This document shows, one piece after another, positions 1 to 10,262 of a stretch of 64,000 nucleotides of DNA (positions are counted from its first letter, which is position 1; each line of letters opens with the position of its first letter). A program made the translations under genes and the position numbers. Source of the DNA: a bacterium (GTDB lineage Bacteria > RBG-13-61-14 > DATKZS01); the NCBI GenBank assembly GCA_963674965.2, contig CAXXFL010000006.1:1056001-1120000 (forward strand). Reading direction: 5' to 3'. Below the pieces are notes generated by a model. The model did not search any database, was not told where the DNA came from, and was given only the letters and a program-made list of their open reading frames with translations.

Positions 1-2
1 TG

Positions 3-320
3 GCCCTGGTCGTGGTCCTTATCCGGAAGCGGAAGCTGAGAGAAGAGTACGCCCTCCTCTGGCTGGGAGTGGGTTTGATCGTCATGGTCCTCGCCACCTG
101 GTACTCTCTCCTGGAATGGCTGACCCGAGCGATCGGGGCCGTCGATCCCACCAGCGCCCTTTTCATCTTCTCCCTCTTATTCCTCCTGGTGATAAGCATC
201 CACTTCTCAGTGGTCAACTCGAGGATGAAAGACCAGATTCGCGACCTGACCCAGGAGATCGCCTTCCTGAGAAAGGAAATCCAAAGCCGCGTTAAAAAAG
301 GAAATGACGAATCGAACTGA
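3..320 (+). CDS. DUF2304-like small membrane protein (5' partial)
   Basis: Open from the window edge; LREEYALLW motif, hydrophobic helices and C-terminal QIRDLTQEIA coiled segment as in DUF2304. Confidence 0.75.
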   Translation, partial: ALVVVLIRKRKLREEYALLWLGVGLIVMVLATWYSLLEWLTRAIGAVDPTSALFIFSLLFLLVISIHFSVVNSRMKDQIRDLTQEIAFLRKEIQSRVKKGNDESN

Positions 321-491
321 CGCGCCCGCCTCCATAAGGAAGACGATACTCGGGCCGCTCCTCCTATTCTATTTAATTTTCGAGGTTTGCGCCGCCTTCC
401 CCTCTCTGCTATCCTGTTTAACTGGCGATCAGGCATAAAAGGATCGGCCTTGAATATTTTTAAAACGCTTTTTTCCGATCGGAGGAATATC

Positions 492-1346
492 ATGGCAAAG
501 TCGGAACGGCCCCTCGAGTTCAATGGCGCCGACGATTACGTGGTCGACCCGGAGTTGGCCAAAATAGTCAACGTCAGCATGGCCCTCGAGATGCCCCTGC
601 TTTTAAAAGGCGAGCCCGGCACGGGCAAGACCCTTCTGGCCCACGCCCTGGCCAGGTCGCTGGGAATGCCCCTCATCGCGCTTAACGTGAAGTCGAGCAT
701 GAAGGCCATCGACGCGCTTTACCAGTACGACACCCTGACCCGTCTTAACGACAGCCGGTTCGGCGACTCGGGCCGCAACGTGTCGGACATCGAGGAGTAC
801 ATCCGCATGGGCAAGATCGGACAGGCTTTCAAGTCCGACGAAAAGGTCGTTCTCCTCATCGACGAGATAGACAAGGCCGACTCCGACTTCCAGGACGACC
901 TCCTTGACGTGCTCGACCAGATGGAGTTCGACGTCCTCGAGATCGACAAGACCATCTCGGCCAGGAACCGGCCCATCGTCATCATCACCTCGAACGCCAA
1001 AAAAGACCTGTCCGACCCCTTCCTGGGAAGATGCAATTTCCATCACATCGCCTTCCCCGAGCCCAAGTTCATGCGGCAGATCGTGGAGGCCCACTTCCCC
1101 AAGATCGACGAAAAGCTGGCCGAGTCCTCCATCCGCGCCTTCTACCGCCTGCGCCAACTCCCGGCCATCGAGAAGAAACCAGCCACCCGCGAGCTGCTCA
1201 ACTGGGTGCGGGCGCTTATGGTGGACCCCGATTTCAACCCGGCCAAGCTCGAGCGGGGGAAGAGCATCCCCTACCTGGGCATTCTTTTCAAGAAGTCGGG
1301 AGACGTGGACAACGCCAAGAGGTTTAACGACGCGGGCAGAGTATAG
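492..1346 (+). CDS. MoxR/CoxD-family AAA+ ATPase
   Basis: Walker A GEPGTGKT, Walker B LLIDEIDKAD; GGAGG RBS before ATG 492. Confidence 0.9.
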   Translation: MAKSERPLEFNGADDYVVDPELAKIVNVSMALEMPLLLKGEPGTGKTLLAHALARSLGMPLIALNVKSSMKAIDALYQYDTLTRLNDSRFGDSGRNVSDIEEYIRMGKIGQAFKSDEKVVLLIDEIDKADSDFQDDLLDVLDQMEFDVLEIDKTISARNRPIVIITSNAKKDLSDPFLGRCNFHHIAFPEPKFMRQIVEAHFPKIDEKLAESSIRAFYRLRQLPAIEKKPATRELLNWVRALMVDPDFNPAKLERGKSIPYLGILFKKSGDVDNAKRFNDAGRV

Positions 1347-1369
1347 CGGCTTTCCGTTTAATAGCCGCG

Positions 1370-1510
1370 CTAGGCGGGGTCTTCCGTCTCGCTTTTCTCC
1401 GCTTCCTCATCGAGCGCCCGGTGGTCCTCGACGTACCAGGCGCGCATCTTGACGCCGAAGATGACGGCCAGGGCCAGGAAGGTGATGATTATATACAGTG
1501 GCTGATCCAT
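1370..1510 (-). CDS. 46-aa single-pass membrane protein (not in ORF track)
   Basis: MDQPLYIIITFLALAVIFGVKMRAWYVEDHRALDEEAEKSETEDPA; host-like G/C-ending codons; starts 21 bp after the upstream gene's stop. Confidence 0.65.
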   Translation of the reverse strand: MDQPLYIIITFLALAVIFGVKMRAWYVEDHRALDEEAEKSETEDPA

Positions 1511-1531
1511 GCCGTCCGTTACCAGGCCGCG

Positions 1532-2140
1532 TTATTCCCGCTCGGACGTCGTCGGGACCTGGTCCAGGCCCAGTACCTCGTAGTCCTCGGAGGCCCGGGA
1601 TATCTTCCAGTCCTTGCAGGCGGGGAAGTGATGCCTGCACCTTTTCAGCTCGCTCACGAGTTTATCCACTTCATTCGCGTCCCACAACACGCGTATTTCG
1701 CTTCCCTCGTGGACGTTGGCGAGGTCGCAGCCATGGGCCAGTCCCCGCATGATGGTGTCCGCGCTGTCGCGGGGGGAAGTGTTGGCCCTTCTAAAGTCGC
1801 GGGAGGCAATGGAAAATATGGAGGCCTTGGCCCGGATAAAGGTCTCGACCATGCCGGCGGTGACCTTTTCCGCGGACGGCGGGGTAAGGTCTCGATATGA
1901 CCCGGCCCCGGCCAGCACCACCTGGGGAAAGGCCCCTCCTCCCCCCGGAGTGAAAAGGGTCGGCGTGGGCGAGTCGGGGTCCACGGCCCCCTCGTCTATC
2001 CACCTCGAGAGCCTGCCGCCGAACCTGAAGTCCAGCCTTCCCGCCTCGCGGTGGAGGGGACGGACGTCCCGAAACAGCGGGGCGCCCACGGGATCGCGAA
2101 AGTAATAGTCCGAGGAAAGGGCGGTGACCGTGACGATCAT
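1532..2140 (-). CDS. Stand-alone M17 aminopeptidase N-terminal-like domain protein
   Basis: FRDVRPL..EAGRLDFRFGGRLSR pattern resembles deltaproteobacterial M17_N-only proteins; operonic after nusB. Confidence 0.55.
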   Translation of the reverse strand: MIVTVTALSSDYYFRDPVGAPLFRDVRPLHREAGRLDFRFGGRLSRWIDEGAVDPDSPTPTLFTPGGGGAFPQVVLAGAGSYRDLTPPSAEKVTAGMVETFIRAKASIFSIASRDFRRANTSPRDSADTIMRGLAHGCDLANVHEGSEIRVLWDANEVDKLVSELKRCRHHFPACKDWKISRASEDYEVLGLDQVPTTSERE

Positions 2141-2163
2141 GGCGGTAGTGGGCGGCCGGGCTT

Positions 2164-2607
2164 TCAGCTCGCCTCTTTTTCCGTTTCCGCCTCGGGCCCG
2201 ATGCCCCCCAGGCGCCGGCAGATTTTATCCAGGATGCCGTTGATGAACGCTCCGGACTCGGAGGTCCCGTATTTTTTGCCGATCTCGATGGCCTCGTCGA
2301 TGCTGACCTTGGGGGGTATCTCGGGGCAACTCATCATCTCGTAGATGGCCATCCGGAGAATATTGCGGTCGATGCGGCTCATGCGGTAGAGCTTCCATTT
2401 CTTGGACTGGCTCTCGATGAGCCCGTCGATTTTTTCCTTGTTCTCCTTGACCCCGTCCACTATGCCCAGGGCGAAGACCTTGACGTCCTGGGCGTCGTGT
2501 CGGTCCTCCCAGAACACGCGGGCCGGGCCCTCCTCCTCGGGTCCGTGGAAGTCCCACTGGTAAAGGTACTGGAGCGCCAGTTCCCGGGCTCGCCGTCGTC
2601 TTCCCAT
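2164..2607 (-). CDS. nusB: Transcription antitermination factor NusB
   Basis: RRRARELALQYLYQ, IDRNILR, FINGILD; follows ribH. Confidence 0.97.
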   Translation of the reverse strand: MGRRRRARELALQYLYQWDFHGPEEEGPARVFWEDRHDAQDVKVFALGIVDGVKENKEKIDGLIESQSKKWKLYRMSRIDRNILRMAIYEMMSCPEIPPKVSIDEAIEIGKKYGTSESGAFINGILDKICRRLGGIGPEAETEKEAS

Positions 2608-2611
2608 GCGA

Positions 2612-3073
2612 TTACAACTGCCGCATTACCTGGGCCATCTCGATGGCCGACACCGCGGCGGACCATCCCTTGTTGCCCGACTTGGTCCCCGCCCTCTCGA
2701 CCGCCTGCTCGATGGTGTCGGTGGTCACGATGCCGAAGGCTATGGGCACGCCCGTCTCGAGCATGATCTGGGCGATGCCCTTCGAGGCCTCTCCCGCCAC
2801 GTAGTCGAAGTGGGGGGTCGATCCCCGGATCACGGCCCCCAGCGCGATAAGCGCGTCGTACTTGCCCGAGGCCGCCATCTTTTTAAGGACCACGGGCGAC
2901 TCGAAGGCGCCTGGCACCTTCACCACCGTCACGCCCGACTCGTCCGCCCCGTGGCGGACCAGGGCGTCCATGCATCCCTCCATCAGCCGGCCGGTGATGA
3001 AGTCGTTGAACCTCGAGACCACGACGCCGAACTTAAGTCCCTTCGCGTCAAGTTTTCCCTCTATCGCGCTCAT
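2612..3073 (-). CDS. ribH: 6,7-dimethyl-8-ribityllumazine synthase
   Basis: [30 protein letters not shown]. Confidence 0.97.
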   Translation of the reverse strand: MSAIEGKLDAKGLKFGVVVSRFNDFITGRLMEGCMDALVRHGADESGVTVVKVPGAFESPVVLKKMAASGKYDALIALGAVIRGSTPHFDYVAGEASKGIAQIMLETGVPIAFGIVTTDTIEQAVERAGTKSGNKGWSAAVSAIEMAQVMRQL

Positions 3074-3108
3074 TTACATCTCTCCTTGTTACCGCCCCGC
3101 GGAGCCGA

Positions 3109-4326
3109 TCAGTCCTTGAGGGTCAGCATGTGGCCCATCTTTTCCTTCTTGGTCTGAAGGTAGCGGACGTTGTTGCAATTGGGCTTGATCTCGATGGGCA
3201 CCCTCTCGACCACCTCGATGCCGTATCCTTGAATGCCGACAATTTTTTTCGGGTTATTGGTTATTTCCCTGATCCTTCTCGCGCCGAGGTCGGCGAGAAT
3301 CTGGGCGCCTATGCCGTAGTCGCGCAGGTCGGGCTTGAACCCGAGGGCCACGTTGGCCTCGACCGTGTCCATTCCCTCCTCCTGGAGGGCGTAGGCCCGG
3401 AGCTTGTTCAGCAGCCCTATTCCCCTTCCCTCCTGGCGCAGGTAAACGATAATGCCCGATCCCTCCTCGGCGATCATCTCCATGGCGGTCTGGAGCTGGG
3501 GACCGCAGTCGCAGCGGAGCGAACCGAGTATGTCGCCCGTCAGGCACTCGCTGTGCACCCGGACCAGCACGTCGGCGGCCGGGTCTATCTCTCCCTTGAC
3601 CAGGGCCAGGTGCACGTCGTTGTTGACGTCGTTGGCGTAGGCGATGGCCGTCCATTCTCCCCCGAACTCGGAGGGAAGGTTGATCTCGACCTCCCGCCTG
3701 ACCAGGGTCTCGTGGCGCATGCGGTACTGGATCACGTCGGCCACGGTGCAGATGTTGATCCCGTGCTCCTCGGCGAAGACCTCGAGGTCGGGCATGCGCG
3801 CCATGGTCCCGTCGTCCTTCATGACCTCGCAGATAACCCCCGCCGGGCGAAGGCCGGCCAGCCGGGCCAGGTCAACGGAACCCTCGGTCTGGCCCGTCCG
3901 GACCAGCACCCCTCCCTTTTTCGCTCGCAGGGGAAAAACGTGGCCGGGCCTTACCAGGTCCTCGGGGCGGGCGTCGTCGCGCATGGCCGTAAGGATGGTA
4001 TGGGCCCGGTCATGGGCGGAGATGCCCGTGGTCACGCCCTTCCTGGCCTCGATGCTCACGGTAAAGGCGGTGCAGAACTGGCTGGTGTTCTCGCGGCACA
4101 TGGGCCGAAGATCGAGGGAGTCGGCCTTTTCCTCGGTCAGGGCCAGGCAAATAAGGCCGCGGCCGTGGGTGGCCATGAAGTTTATTATCTCGGGAGTGAC
4201 CAGCTCGGCCGCGCAGCAGAGGTCCCCCTCGTTCTCGCGGTCCTCGTCGTCCGTGAGGATTACCATCCGCCCGTTGCGGACGTCCTCGATCGCCTCGTCA
4301 ACGCTTACTAATCTGCTACCGCCCAT
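3109..4326 (-). CDS. ribBA: Bifunctional DHBP synthase / GTP cyclohydrolase II
   Basis: [40 protein letters not shown]. Confidence 0.97.
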   Translation of the reverse strand: MGGSRLVSVDEAIEDVRNGRMVILTDDEDRENEGDLCCAAELVTPEIINFMATHGRGLICLALTEEKADSLDLRPMCRENTSQFCTAFTVSIEARKGVTTGISAHDRAHTILTAMRDDARPEDLVRPGHVFPLRAKKGGVLVRTGQTEGSVDLARLAGLRPAGVICEVMKDDGTMARMPDLEVFAEEHGINICTVADVIQYRMRHETLVRREVEINLPSEFGGEWTAIAYANDVNNDVHLALVKGEIDPAADVLVRVHSECLTGDILGSLRCDCGPQLQTAMEMIAEEGSGIIVYLRQEGRGIGLLNKLRAYALQEEGMDTVEANVALGFKPDLRDYGIGAQILADLGARRIREITNNPKKIVGIQGYGIEVVERVPIEIKPNCNNVRYLQTKKEKMGHMLTLKD

Positions 4327-4395
4327 TCGATACTCCTCAGGCGCGCGCTCGATGAAAATTTATACTATCCGATGCTTTCAAAAAGCGCGCAAGCT

Positions 4396-5850
4396 TTACT
4401 TTTTCGAGTCGGGAGTCAGCCTGGACCTGGAAAAATAGGTCGTCCATAAATGGCGGACGTTGAAGTAAGCCACCTCCCAGGCCGACAACCGGTGCGTTCG
4501 ACCGTAATCGATCGCGAAACTTGCCAGGAATAGGATATCAAAAAGCGGGTTTTTTCTCAAGGTTACGAGTTTTTCAATAATGGGCAAAAGCCCTTTATGC
4601 CTGTGGCCCAGTATAAAAAGCTTCTGAAGGTTCTCGAACTTTTCCGAGTCGGGCTGGGTAAAGGAGGAAAAGGAAAAATAACTAACCCTATCCCTTCCGC
4701 CGATGGACTCGGGGTCCTTTAATTTTCCCTCCGCGATCAGGCGCTCTTGAAGCTCAGTGCCCGGAAAGGGCTGGAAAAGGGAAGCCACCACGAACTCGTT
4801 TCCCAGGGTCTTATTTAAACGAAGGGTCTCGAACCCGTCCCCGATCCTCTCGCCGGGTATATTCATCATGTTATAGCTCTGGGTCTTGATGCCCCTCGAT
4901 CGCAACAGGGTGACCCCCTTCTCGATCGCCTGGTTGGACATGTGCCGGCCCAGGACCATCTCCCTGGTCTTTAAGGAGGCGCTCTCGAGTCCGTACCAGC
5001 AGGCGTGGCATCCGCTCTCGGCCAGGAGGGCGGCCTTTTCCTCGGTCATCGAGTCGATGCGGGCGCAACAGAAATAGGGCATGCCCACTTCTTTCTTGTA
5101 GAGGGGCAGGAACCGGGCGAGCCATTTTTCGTCATAGGTGAACAGGTCGTCGTTAAATCCGATGGTCCGGGCCTTGTAGCCAAAGGTGGCCCTTTTAATT
5201 TCCTCGATAAGGTACTCGGGGCTTTTGAACCTGACGTAGAGCCTGGGGTCGGGGTAGAGGGAGCGGAGTTTTTTATTGGCGCAGTAGGTGCAGTTATGGG
5301 GGCATCCCCTGCTGGCCACGAAGAACTTGATGGGGTAGTCGCGATAGTATTTATACCTGGCCAGGTAGAGGTCTTTCTTGGGAAAGGGAAGCCCGTCCAG
5401 GTCGGGTATAAGTCCGCGCATGGGATTGGCGACCGTTTCGCCTCGGCGCGAATAGGAAATCCCCTCGATCCCCTCGTGGCCCTGGCCCGACTCGAGGGCG
5501 GAGACGAGCTCGAGGAAGGTGTACTCCGACTCTCCCCTGCAGACGAAGTCCACCGAGTCGTTCTCCACCAGTCCGGGGTGGAAGGTCGGGTCCACCCCCC
5601 CCAGGACCACCTTGCAGCCGATCCTTTCCTTGATGGCCCGGGCCCAGATCAAGGCGTCGTCCCGCTCCATGGTGGTGTGGCCTATGCCCACGATAAGGGG
5701 GTCGTATTTCTTAATGGTTTCGAGAGGTTTTTTTTCCAGTCCGGGAACGATCAGGAGGGTCTGATGGCCCGCCTTCTCGAGCACGGCCGCCATGGACTGG
5801 GGGCCGTGAAGCTCATAGTAGTTCAGTTGTAAAAAAACGACGCGGGCCAT
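4396..5850 (-). CDS. B12-binding domain radical SAM protein
   Basis: N-terminal cobalamin-binding-like domain (GGVDPT, GESE) and RGCPHNCTYC motif. Confidence 0.9.
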   Translation of the reverse strand: MARVVFLQLNYYELHGPQSMAAVLEKAGHQTLLIVPGLEKKPLETIKKYDPLIVGIGHTTMERDDALIWARAIKERIGCKVVLGGVDPTFHPGLVENDSVDFVCRGESEYTFLELVSALESGQGHEGIEGISYSRRGETVANPMRGLIPDLDGLPFPKKDLYLARYKYYRDYPIKFFVASRGCPHNCTYCANKKLRSLYPDPRLYVRFKSPEYLIEEIKRATFGYKARTIGFNDDLFTYDEKWLARFLPLYKKEVGMPYFCCARIDSMTEEKAALLAESGCHACWYGLESASLKTREMVLGRHMSNQAIEKGVTLLRSRGIKTQSYNMMNIPGERIGDGFETLRLNKTLGNEFVVASLFQPFPGTELQERLIAEGKLKDPESIGGRDRVSYFSFSSFTQPDSEKFENLQKLFILGHRHKGLLPIIEKLVTLRKNPLFDILFLASFAIDYGRTHRLSAWEVAYFNVRHLWTTYFSRSRLTPDSKK

Positions 5851-5899
5851 GGTCGAGTCAGATTATCACGATGAGGGAGGCGTTAAAAATGGCGCTCGC

Positions 5900-7072
5900 T
5901 CAAGCGCAAGGTCCGGCCCCGTCGGCCGTCCGGACCAGCCAGGTCCGCCCTCTTCTTCCCGTCCGCTCGAGGTAGCGCTCAAGCAGCGGGCCGCCGAACC
6001 CGTCGGCCTTTTCCTTCTCGATGAGCGCGATCAGGCAGCCGCCCCATCCGGCGCCCAGGAGCCTGGTACCAAGGGCGCCCTTTGTCTCCATCACCATCGA
6101 GGCCAACTCGTCGATTTGGGGCGTCGAGTTCTCGTAGTCCTTGCTCGAGCTGGCCATGCCCTGGTTCAGAAGCTCGCCCAGCCTTTTCGAGTCGCCCTTT
6201 TTGGCGGCGTCGGCCGCGTCGCGGCACCTTCGGTTCTCGGAGAGCACGTGGCGGACGCGCCGGTAAAGGAGGTCGCCCAGGTCCTGGCGGGCCTTCTCGA
6301 TCATTTCCACGCTCGCGTCCCTTAAAGAGCGGACCTCAGGATAAAAAGCCTTGAGGACCTTGGCCGCGGCCTGGCACTCCTTCACCCGGTCGGGGTACTT
6401 CGAGTTGACCAGCTCCCGCCCCAGGTCGGAGTCGATGACCACAAGGGCGGCGTCATCAAAGGAAAGGGGGATGCTCTCGAACTCGAGAGACCGGCAATCG
6501 AGCAGCAGTACCTTGTCCTTCTCTCCCATGAAGACGGAGAACTGGTCCATGATCCCGCAGGGCATGCCCACGAAGTCGTTCTCGGCCCTCCGGCAGAGGT
6601 GGACTTTCTCCCACTTGGCAAGTTTATGGCCAAAGGCCAGCAGGGCGGCCTCGCAAACGGCGGCCTCGAGGGCGGCCGAGCTGGAGAGGTTGGCCCCGGC
6701 CGGGACCTCGCCGTGGACCACCAGGTCCAGCCCGGTAATGGGGACCTTGAGATCGACAAGCTCGCGGACCACGCCCTTGGCGTAATTGGCCCAGCCGTGG
6801 GCCTCGTCGCGGCGGAGCCGGTCCACGTGCACCCTCACCTCGCGGTCCTCGTTCATCGAGTAGAGGTTTACAACGCCGCTCCGGCGGGGACGGGCGGCGG
6901 CCATGACGTCCCGGTCGATGGCGGAGGCCAGGATGAAGCCCTCGTTGTAGTCGGTATGGGTACCCATGAGGTCAACCCTGCCGGGCGCCCGGGCGTAAAC
7001 CGAGTTTCCCTTGTCCCCGAAGCGGGAATGCATTTCCCGTGCGAGCAGCATTTTTCTTTCCAGTTCTTCCAT
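5900..7072 (-). CDS. galK: Galactokinase (GHMP kinase)
   Basis: APGRVDLMGTHTDYNEG, LSSSAA, CGIMDQ, GAGWGGC. Confidence 0.9.
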   Translation of the reverse strand: MEELERKMLLAREMHSRFGDKGNSVYARAPGRVDLMGTHTDYNEGFILASAIDRDVMAAARPRRSGVVNLYSMNEDREVRVHVDRLRRDEAHGWANYAKGVVRELVDLKVPITGLDLVVHGEVPAGANLSSSAALEAAVCEAALLAFGHKLAKWEKVHLCRRAENDFVGMPCGIMDQFSVFMGEKDKVLLLDCRSLEFESIPLSFDDAALVVIDSDLGRELVNSKYPDRVKECQAAAKVLKAFYPEVRSLRDASVEMIEKARQDLGDLLYRRVRHVLSENRRCRDAADAAKKGDSKRLGELLNQGMASSSKDYENSTPQIDELASMVMETKGALGTRLLGAGWGGCLIALIEKEKADGFGGPLLERYLERTGRRGRTWLVRTADGAGPCA

Positions 7073-7093
7073 CGGCTTCTCCAGTTTGACGGC

Positions 7094-8005
7094 TTAGTAA
7101 GTCCGGGCGACCCAGCCCGTAAGGTCCCTCTTCAGCAGCTCGGACATAAGCCCGACCTCCTCGGCGAAGGTTTCCGAAAGGCTCGTCTCCAGTTCGCGGC
7201 CGATCGACGCCCGGGCCACTTCCTTTTTATTCATCCTCTCGAGGGTCCCGCCAATACTGGCGGAACCGGGCATGAGTTTCCTCTTGGCCCGGATGACGGA
7301 CCTCGGCGTTCTTTTCAGGGCCTTCTCCAGCAGCCTCGACCTCACCTTGCGGTTGGGGTTCACCACCTTGAACGCCGGCCTATGGGTCGGGTCCGCCCCT
7401 AAAAACTCGCAGGTCTCGACGTAAGTCCTTTCCGGAAAGTCGCGCAGGTCGTCATGCACGATTACCCTCACCCTCTCCGGCCCCAGGACCTCGAGGTACC
7501 TTCTCACCCGGCCGGACAGCCGGGCGGCCTCGGTGTAAAGCAAAGGCCCGAAGGCCGCGCCCGCCGCTATAACGGCCTCTTTTCTCTTGGCCTCCATGGC
7601 GAGGGCCTCGGAAAAATCCTCGATGGTCTCGAGTCCGTCCAAAACCATCCTCGCGTGCAGGGAATGGACCATATCGACGGGGTCCCTGATCATGATAATG
7701 ACTTTGACGGCGGGATTGAAATCATTCATCAACGCGGGGGCCCTCTCCGAGTACACGTGCCACACGGAGGTCTCCCCCTTGATCCGGCCTTGCCCGGCCC
7801 CTTCCATGAACGGCCGAAAGGGGTCGCCGCCGGGCTCCCTTCTATCGAGGAAGGCGAGGTCGGGCGCGAAGAAATGAGTGCCCTTTACCGGGACCATGAA
7901 GACGCTGGGGTTCATGGCCAGGTACTGGCTCATGGCGGTGGTCCCGCATCTGGGGGCCCCGACCAGGTGGAAGTCGGGCTTTATGGGACCGGTCATCTGG
8001 TTCAC
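7094..8005 (-). CDS. PAPS-dependent sulfotransferase
   Basis: GAPRCGTT 5'-PSB loop, IRDPVD 3'-PB motif; GTG start overlaps the upstream stop. Confidence 0.9.
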   Translation of the reverse strand: MNQMTGPIKPDFHLVGAPRCGTTAMSQYLAMNPSVFMVPVKGTHFFAPDLAFLDRREPGGDPFRPFMEGAGQGRIKGETSVWHVYSERAPALMNDFNPAVKVIIMIRDPVDMVHSLHARMVLDGLETIEDFSEALAMEAKRKEAVIAAGAAFGPLLYTEAARLSGRVRRYLEVLGPERVRVIVHDDLRDFPERTYVETCEFLGADPTHRPAFKVVNPNRKVRSRLLEKALKRTPRSVIRAKRKLMPGSASIGGTLERMNKKEVARASIGRELETSLSETFAEEVGLMSELLKRDLTGWVARTY

Positions 8006-8511
8006 GCCTCGCGGCGGGCGGGCCGGGACTCGGGGTCCTTGCCCGGATAGGAGAAGGTGACGGCGTACTTGAAACGCCTGGACTCCTCGTCGTGGAAGAG
8101 CTCGCCGCCGACCTCGATCCAGCTATGGCCCACCAGGTCCCCCTCCCCGTTCTTTCTCACGCCCAGCTTGAACTCGGCCGCAATGCCGCGAAGCCGCAGG
8201 AAACGATAAGTTACCAGGCTCCTTTTCAGGCACATCTTGCCCATGTTGTCGGGATTTTCCCGAAGTATCCTGGTGGCGTAGGCGTGGATCAGGTCTCCCT
8301 TTTCCCGGAGCGTCTCGGCGTGTTCCTCGCCGTCGGGGCCGAGCGTCCGAGTACCGGGCGTAATCAGCCTCATCAGAGCCGTCATGGACATGTACTTGAG
8401 AAGGATGGGCATGATATACAGCCAAAACCCTATCCTAAAAAAAAGGACAAGATGGCCCGGGGTGGGAAACCACTCCCTCATCCTCTCCAGCGACAAGGCG
8501 TCCCCATTCAT
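8002..8511 (-). CDS. Lasso peptide B2-like transglutaminase-fold protease
   Basis: CLKRSL...LGVRK...GHSWIE matches the B2 Cys/His catalytic pattern. Confidence 0.85.
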   Translation of the reverse strand: MNGDALSLERMREWFPTPGHLVLFFRIGFWLYIMPILLKYMSMTALMRLITPGTRTLGPDGEEHAETLREKGDLIHAYATRILRENPDNMGKMCLKRSLVTYRFLRLRGIAAEFKLGVRKNGEGDLVGHSWIEVGGELFHDEESRRFKYAVTFSYPGKDPESRPARREA

Positions 8512-8513
8512 GC

Positions 8514-10055
8514 TTAGAGGGGGAAGAAACCCGGGTCCACGCGGGGAAAGGCCGCGGGGGTCCTGTTCGCGTAGCCGTCGGCAATGAACTCGAGGCGCTC
8601 CCCCGTCACGGGAAGGTAATCGCTCAGCTCGATATACATAATGTCGACTTTATTGGAGTTGGTGAACTGGTCGAACCACATGACGGTACCGTCCCGGTTA
8701 AACGCGGGGAACGACGCTGGCCCCTGGCCGAAAAAGGTTATCTTGTCGTAGCTCGGGAAGGTGGGCAGCGAGCTCGCCGCCAGTATCTCGTCGAAGTCGA
8801 TCATGGCCAGTCCGCGATAGAGCTGGTACCAGACCCAGTTCCCGCTCACCTTGTACCTTTTCAGGTACACGCAGTCCACGCAGGCGTGTCTCGAGTCGGG
8901 GGCCCAGAAGAAGTCGGTGATCTTGAACTGGACCCACCTGCCGTCCACGTCGCTGATGGTGTCGTCGTTCTTGACGAAGGTCACGAGGGGCCCCAGGGAG
9001 TCCCCGGTGAAGGGGTCCATGGGGGCTATGTTCCATTGCCAGGCGCCGGCCGCGTCGTCGTTTTGTCCCTCCACCACCAGGTACCTGCCGTCGGGGGACC
9101 ACCTGGGAAGCTTGGCGTATCCGTCCCGGTAATCGTCTCCCGAGAAGAGCAGTTCATATTCGTCGGCCACCATGTCGTAAAGAAAAATGCCCCCGCTCGT
9201 GGAAACCTCGTCCAGCCAGCCGTGAAAGATCAGGCGTTGGCCGGTGGGGTTAAAGGTCGGACCGCCGGCGCTCCTCATGTTTTTGGATACCCGGGTCAGG
9301 TTCGAGCCGTCGGGGTGCACGATAAAGACCTGCTGCTTATGCAGGGCCGGCGGCCCTTCCGTTATGGTCGAGCCCCTCTCCATGGCGATCCACTCTCCGC
9401 CGGGGGACCACACGGGCAGGACGTTGGCGTCGGGCGAGTCCCGGGTGACCGCGTACCTGTCGCTTCCGTCTCTTCTGACCGTGTAGATTTCGCTTTTGAG
9501 GCTATCCTCGGGGTCGGCCCTGTTCGAGCTGTAGGCGAAGCGGGGGGTTATCTCCATGAAGTCGAGATAGAGCGTATAGCCGTTCTCGTTGAGGACGTCG
9601 ACCTCGAGGACTATGGTCTTGGCCGCCCCAGCCGAGCATGGACCCATAACGAAGATGGGATACCCCATCGAGTTTTCCCTCACCTGGGGCGGGGTGAGAA
9701 GCTCGGCCCCCGAGTTGGTCTCGACCGTGTACCACATAAGGTCAACGTCGCTCGCGGCAACGGACTTCACCTGGAGCGTGACCGAGCCGCCGTCCGGGCT
9801 CACGAAGGCCTTGGAGATTTGCAGCATCTGGTTGGCGCGATAGGCTTCCACGCCGGGGTAAGGAATAAGCCAGCCGCCGCCCCGGTTGGCGCCCGAGACG
9901 TCCACCTCGTAGCCCCCGTCCGCGGCCCGCACCTTGATCACGAAGGGGATGACGCCCGCGTTGACGTCTCCCTCTCCACTCTGGCCGCAGCCGGCGAGGA
10001 CCGTAGCCAGGGCCGCGGCCGTCGCCAATATCGAAAGCTTTAAGCGGGAAAACAT
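8514..10055 (-). CDS. Lipoprotein with TolB-like (PD40) beta-propeller
   Basis: Lipobox LAGC; repeated P-x-WSP(D/G)G motifs (PVWSPGG, PTFNPTG, PRWSPDG, WAPDS). Confidence 0.8.
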   Translation of the reverse strand: MFSRLKLSILATAAALATVLAGCGQSGEGDVNAGVIPFVIKVRAADGGYEVDVSGANRGGGWLIPYPGVEAYRANQMLQISKAFVSPDGGSVTLQVKSVAASDVDLMWYTVETNSGAELLTPPQVRENSMGYPIFVMGPCSAGAAKTIVLEVDVLNENGYTLYLDFMEITPRFAYSSNRADPEDSLKSEIYTVRRDGSDRYAVTRDSPDANVLPVWSPGGEWIAMERGSTITEGPPALHKQQVFIVHPDGSNLTRVSKNMRSAGGPTFNPTGQRLIFHGWLDEVSTSGGIFLYDMVADEYELLFSGDDYRDGYAKLPRWSPDGRYLVVEGQNDDAAGAWQWNIAPMDPFTGDSLGPLVTFVKNDDTISDVDGRWVQFKITDFFWAPDSRHACVDCVYLKRYKVSGNWVWYQLYRGLAMIDFDEILAASSLPTFPSYDKITFFGQGPASFPAFNRDGTVMWFDQFTNSNKVDIMYIELSDYLPVTGERLEFIADGYANRTPAAFPRVDPGFFPL

Positions 10056-10262
10056 TCGAGCCTCCTTCGCCGGAAACTTGGGGGGCTGCCCCGGACTTCC
10101 GGCCGGTCGCCAATGCCCATAAACGCGAAACCCCGTGCCCCTGAAGCGGGACCGAGCATAATTCTAGACAACCGCCCGGCCCATTACAACCCGTCTGATT
10201 TTATAATATTGATTTTTACGGCAATAGACAAGGGGAAAATTGTCCAGCGGGAGTAGATTTGT

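Noticed and set aside
3130-4311. Long antisense and overlapping ORFs (also 13748-14893, 16445-17989, 61482-63245 and others)
   Set aside because: Shadow frames of real genes in GC-rich DNA, with no recognisable motifs
10056-10262. Lasso precursor peptide near the B2 gene
   Set aside because: Short frames here lack a leader with Thr at -2 and a plausible ring motif; the region looks like a promoter and 5' hairpin
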